DNA of 35,488 bases from a virus (taxonomy: Duplodnaviria; Caudoviricetes), in the IMG/VR virus record IMGVR_UViG_3300044268_002382, positions 1-35,488 of that record, one strand, 5' to 3'. A program made the translations under genes and the position numbers. Below, one piece after another: positions 33,697 to 35,488 of the stretch (the stretch's first letter is position 1; every line of letters begins with the position of its first letter). The notes beneath the pieces were generated by a model, which worked only from the letters and a program-made list of their open reading frames with translations, was not told where the DNA came from and made no database searches.

Positions 33697-34692
33697 ATGA
33701 AAAAAAATATAGCAATAAGAACAATCGGTGATCTAAAAGGTATCGTATCGATTAAAAAAATAAAAGATACCCTATTAAATATAGAAAACTTTCAAACAGA
33801 AACTACAAATAAATTAAAAATACTTAACGATTATAATAAAGATGAGGGCATATTGATTGATAATCTTTATGTTGATCTCACATATCAAAGAAAACTTAAA
33901 GTTGTAAAATTAATCAATAAATTAAAAATGGCTGGTGGTTTTGATTGTGAAGTCGCAGGTCATGTTGACGTTGCAGTAAGAACAGGTGGTGAACATTTTG
34001 TTTGGGATGGTTTCCATAGAGTATTGATGGCAGCTATTGTAGGTAAGGAAAAAATACCTGCATCAATATTTAAACATGATTCAAATTCTTCTCAAGAAGA
34101 TCAATTACGAAAAGAAGCAAAAATGTTCAAAATTAGAAATGCCGACAGTGAAACGATGAAAAGAGAAGAAATATTTAAATCACAAATAGTATTCAGAGAC
34201 AAATTTGCTCTTGAACAATTAGAGTTATTAAAAAAATGTAAACTTGATGTTGAAGGTGTCAACGAAGACATTGATGCATATACACTAGGAGGTCTTGCTT
34301 ATTTTCAAAAACAATATGATAATATAGGACATGAATATTTTGTGCAATCATCAGAAATAATCAGAACTGCATATAGTAAACCAAGAGGACATACTGATAA
34401 AAAAATGTCAGTCATTTTACTTTGTGGACTTGCAAAACTTCTTGAAGCAAATGATTCTGTAGAGTCTGTGACAACTCAATCTGTTAAACATATCGAAACT
34501 AAATTTTTAGACGTAAGTAAAAATGTTATGCAAAAAGAGTTCACACAACCTAGAATACATGGTCATGCCGCTGAATGGACAGCAAGAAATATACTTAGAA
34601 GAGGTCTTCATGAACTTTATAATGATGACGGTAATGAAATAAAAAGTCTTTTGCACTTCATCGAAGTTGACGAGGATGAATTAGAACTATAA
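33697..34692 (+). CDS. ParB/Srx-like N-terminal domain protein
   Basis: LYVDLTYQR and FVWDGFHRVLMA motifs; AGGAG RBS. Confidence 0.7.
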   Translation: MKKNIAIRTIGDLKGIVSIKKIKDTLLNIENFQTETTNKLKILNDYNKDEGILIDNLYVDLTYQRKLKVVKLINKLKMAGGFDCEVAGHVDVAVRTGGEHFVWDGFHRVLMAAIVGKEKIPASIFKHDSNSSQEDQLRKEAKMFKIRNADSETMKREEIFKSQIVFRDKFALEQLELLKKCKLDVEGVNEDIDAYTLGGLAYFQKQYDNIGHEYFVQSSEIIRTAYSKPRGHTDKKMSVILLCGLAKLLEANDSVESVTTQSVKHIETKFLDVSKNVMQKEFTQPRIHGHAAEWTARNILRRGLHELYNDDGNEIKSLLHFIEVDEDELEL

Positions 34693-34695
34693 TTT

Positions 34696-34721
34696 AGAGG
34701 GCGCTTCGGCGCCCTTTTTTT
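34696..34721 (+). terminator. Rho-independent terminator, UUCG tetraloop, between convergent genes
   Basis: GGGCGC-TTCG-GCGCCC followed by T7; identical to the 33611 terminator. Confidence 0.92.
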
Positions 34722-35488
34722 ATGTTGAAGGTCTTGCGGCTAGTGCCATTGATGTTAAGAAATCCATACCTACAATAGGTCGACTTGTATTTTGTGTGTT
34801 ATTCACACTGTTTGAACTTGCGTCAACATTTACTGCTGCCGCAGTATTCATAATACCTCTATCTAATTCTTCAAGTAATGATTGTCTTTGCTCTAACAAT
34901 GCAACTGCTTCAGTCAGATCTGATTTTAACTGTGTGAATTTAGTTTCATTCTGAACATTATCTTGATTTAATCTTCTTTTAAGTTCTGCAAGATTGCCTT
35001 CACCACCACCCATTACATCAGTAATCATTTTTTCAGTATTAGTTTGAAATGAACTTTTATTACCTGCATCAGTGTTGAAACTAAAGATACTACCACCAGT
35101 TCCACCAAACTCCTCAGGCACTTTAGTCATATCAATAGTAAAATCCTCTTTAGTAATATCAAATAATCCTAAAGTAAGACTATTTACAAGACCTGCAAGT
35201 GATGCTTTGAAAACTTCTATAGCACGTCCAAACCTAGAACCTGCTCTATCAGGGTTTTCTTTATCAAGTTGTCTAGATGCTTCTTCAAAACCTGCGGTGA
35301 CTGTATCAAAAACTGCAAAACCTGCTGTAAGTACAACTCCAACAAGACCTGCACCTTTTGCCAATCTAGCATTCTGAAATGCCTTTGAAATGAACCCAGG
35401 GCCTTTGGGGGCCGAGGATTTCTTCAAATCGGGGCCTTTCTTATCAATACCTGCCGCCTTTTTACTCTTTGTGGCTGGATCATCTGTA
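34720..35488 (-). CDS. C-terminal part of a large protein, possibly tail tape-measure/baseplate-hub-like; 5'-truncated
   Basis: Frame stays open from 35427 to the window end; Gly/Ala amphipathic helices and an N/S/T-rich tail. Function inferred from composition and position. Confidence 0.5.
   Translation of the reverse strand, partial: TDDPATKSKKAAGIDKKGPDLKKSSAPKGPGFISKAFQNARLAKGAGLVGVVLTAGFAVFDTVTAGFEEASRQLDKENPDRAGSRFGRAIEVFKASLAGLVNSLTLGLFDITKEDFTIDMTKVPEEFGGTGGSIFSFNTDAGNKSSFQTNTEKMITDVMGGGEGNLAELKRRLNQDNVQNETKFTQLKSDLTEAVALLEQRQSLLEELDRGIMNTAAAVNVDASSNSVNNTQNTSRPIVGMDFLTSMALAARPST

Noticed and set aside
5641-35377. Nested + strand ORFs (5641, 9752, 19820, 21854, 25542, 32466, 35072)
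   Set aside because: Out-of-frame within, or antisense to, better-supported genes; no RBS or motifs.
1-35488. Stop-codon reassignment or programmed frameshifting
   Set aside because: Genes tile the window under the standard code with all three stops used; A-runs such as 1239-1247 stay in frame.

Overview
AT-rich, gene-dense segment of a T4-like (myovirus) phage genome. The host is probably a marine alphaproteobacterium (SAR11-like), inferred from an alpha-type circularly permuted tmRNA and the gene content. Almost all genes are on the + strand. T4-core genes: gp61 primase, nrdA, a glutaredoxin-nrdB fusion, rnh, gp33, gp59 and gp32. Other content: a holin/spanin-like membrane cluster, candidate internal head proteins, auxiliary enzymes (radical SAM, methyltransferase, PIG-L deacetylase, glycosyltransferase, 2OG oxygenase, carbamoyltransferase, PhoH), ribosomal protein bS21 and two peptidoglycan hydrolases. 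Highlights: (1) an 8-gene curli-like secretion / FecR / CHASE2-adenylate cyclase cluster (12871-18812) that looks like a trans-envelope signalling system; (2) an unannotated three-hairpin RNA with kissing loops and an anti-Shine-Dalgarno loop (23220-23338); (3) a two-piece tmRNA encoding tag ADQYEYAMAA; (4) a repeated 13-nt motif upstream of two early promoters; (5) a 29-aa metallothionein-like peptide; (6) a ParB-like gene between two identical terminators. All family assignments come from motif recognition by eye; no database search was run.
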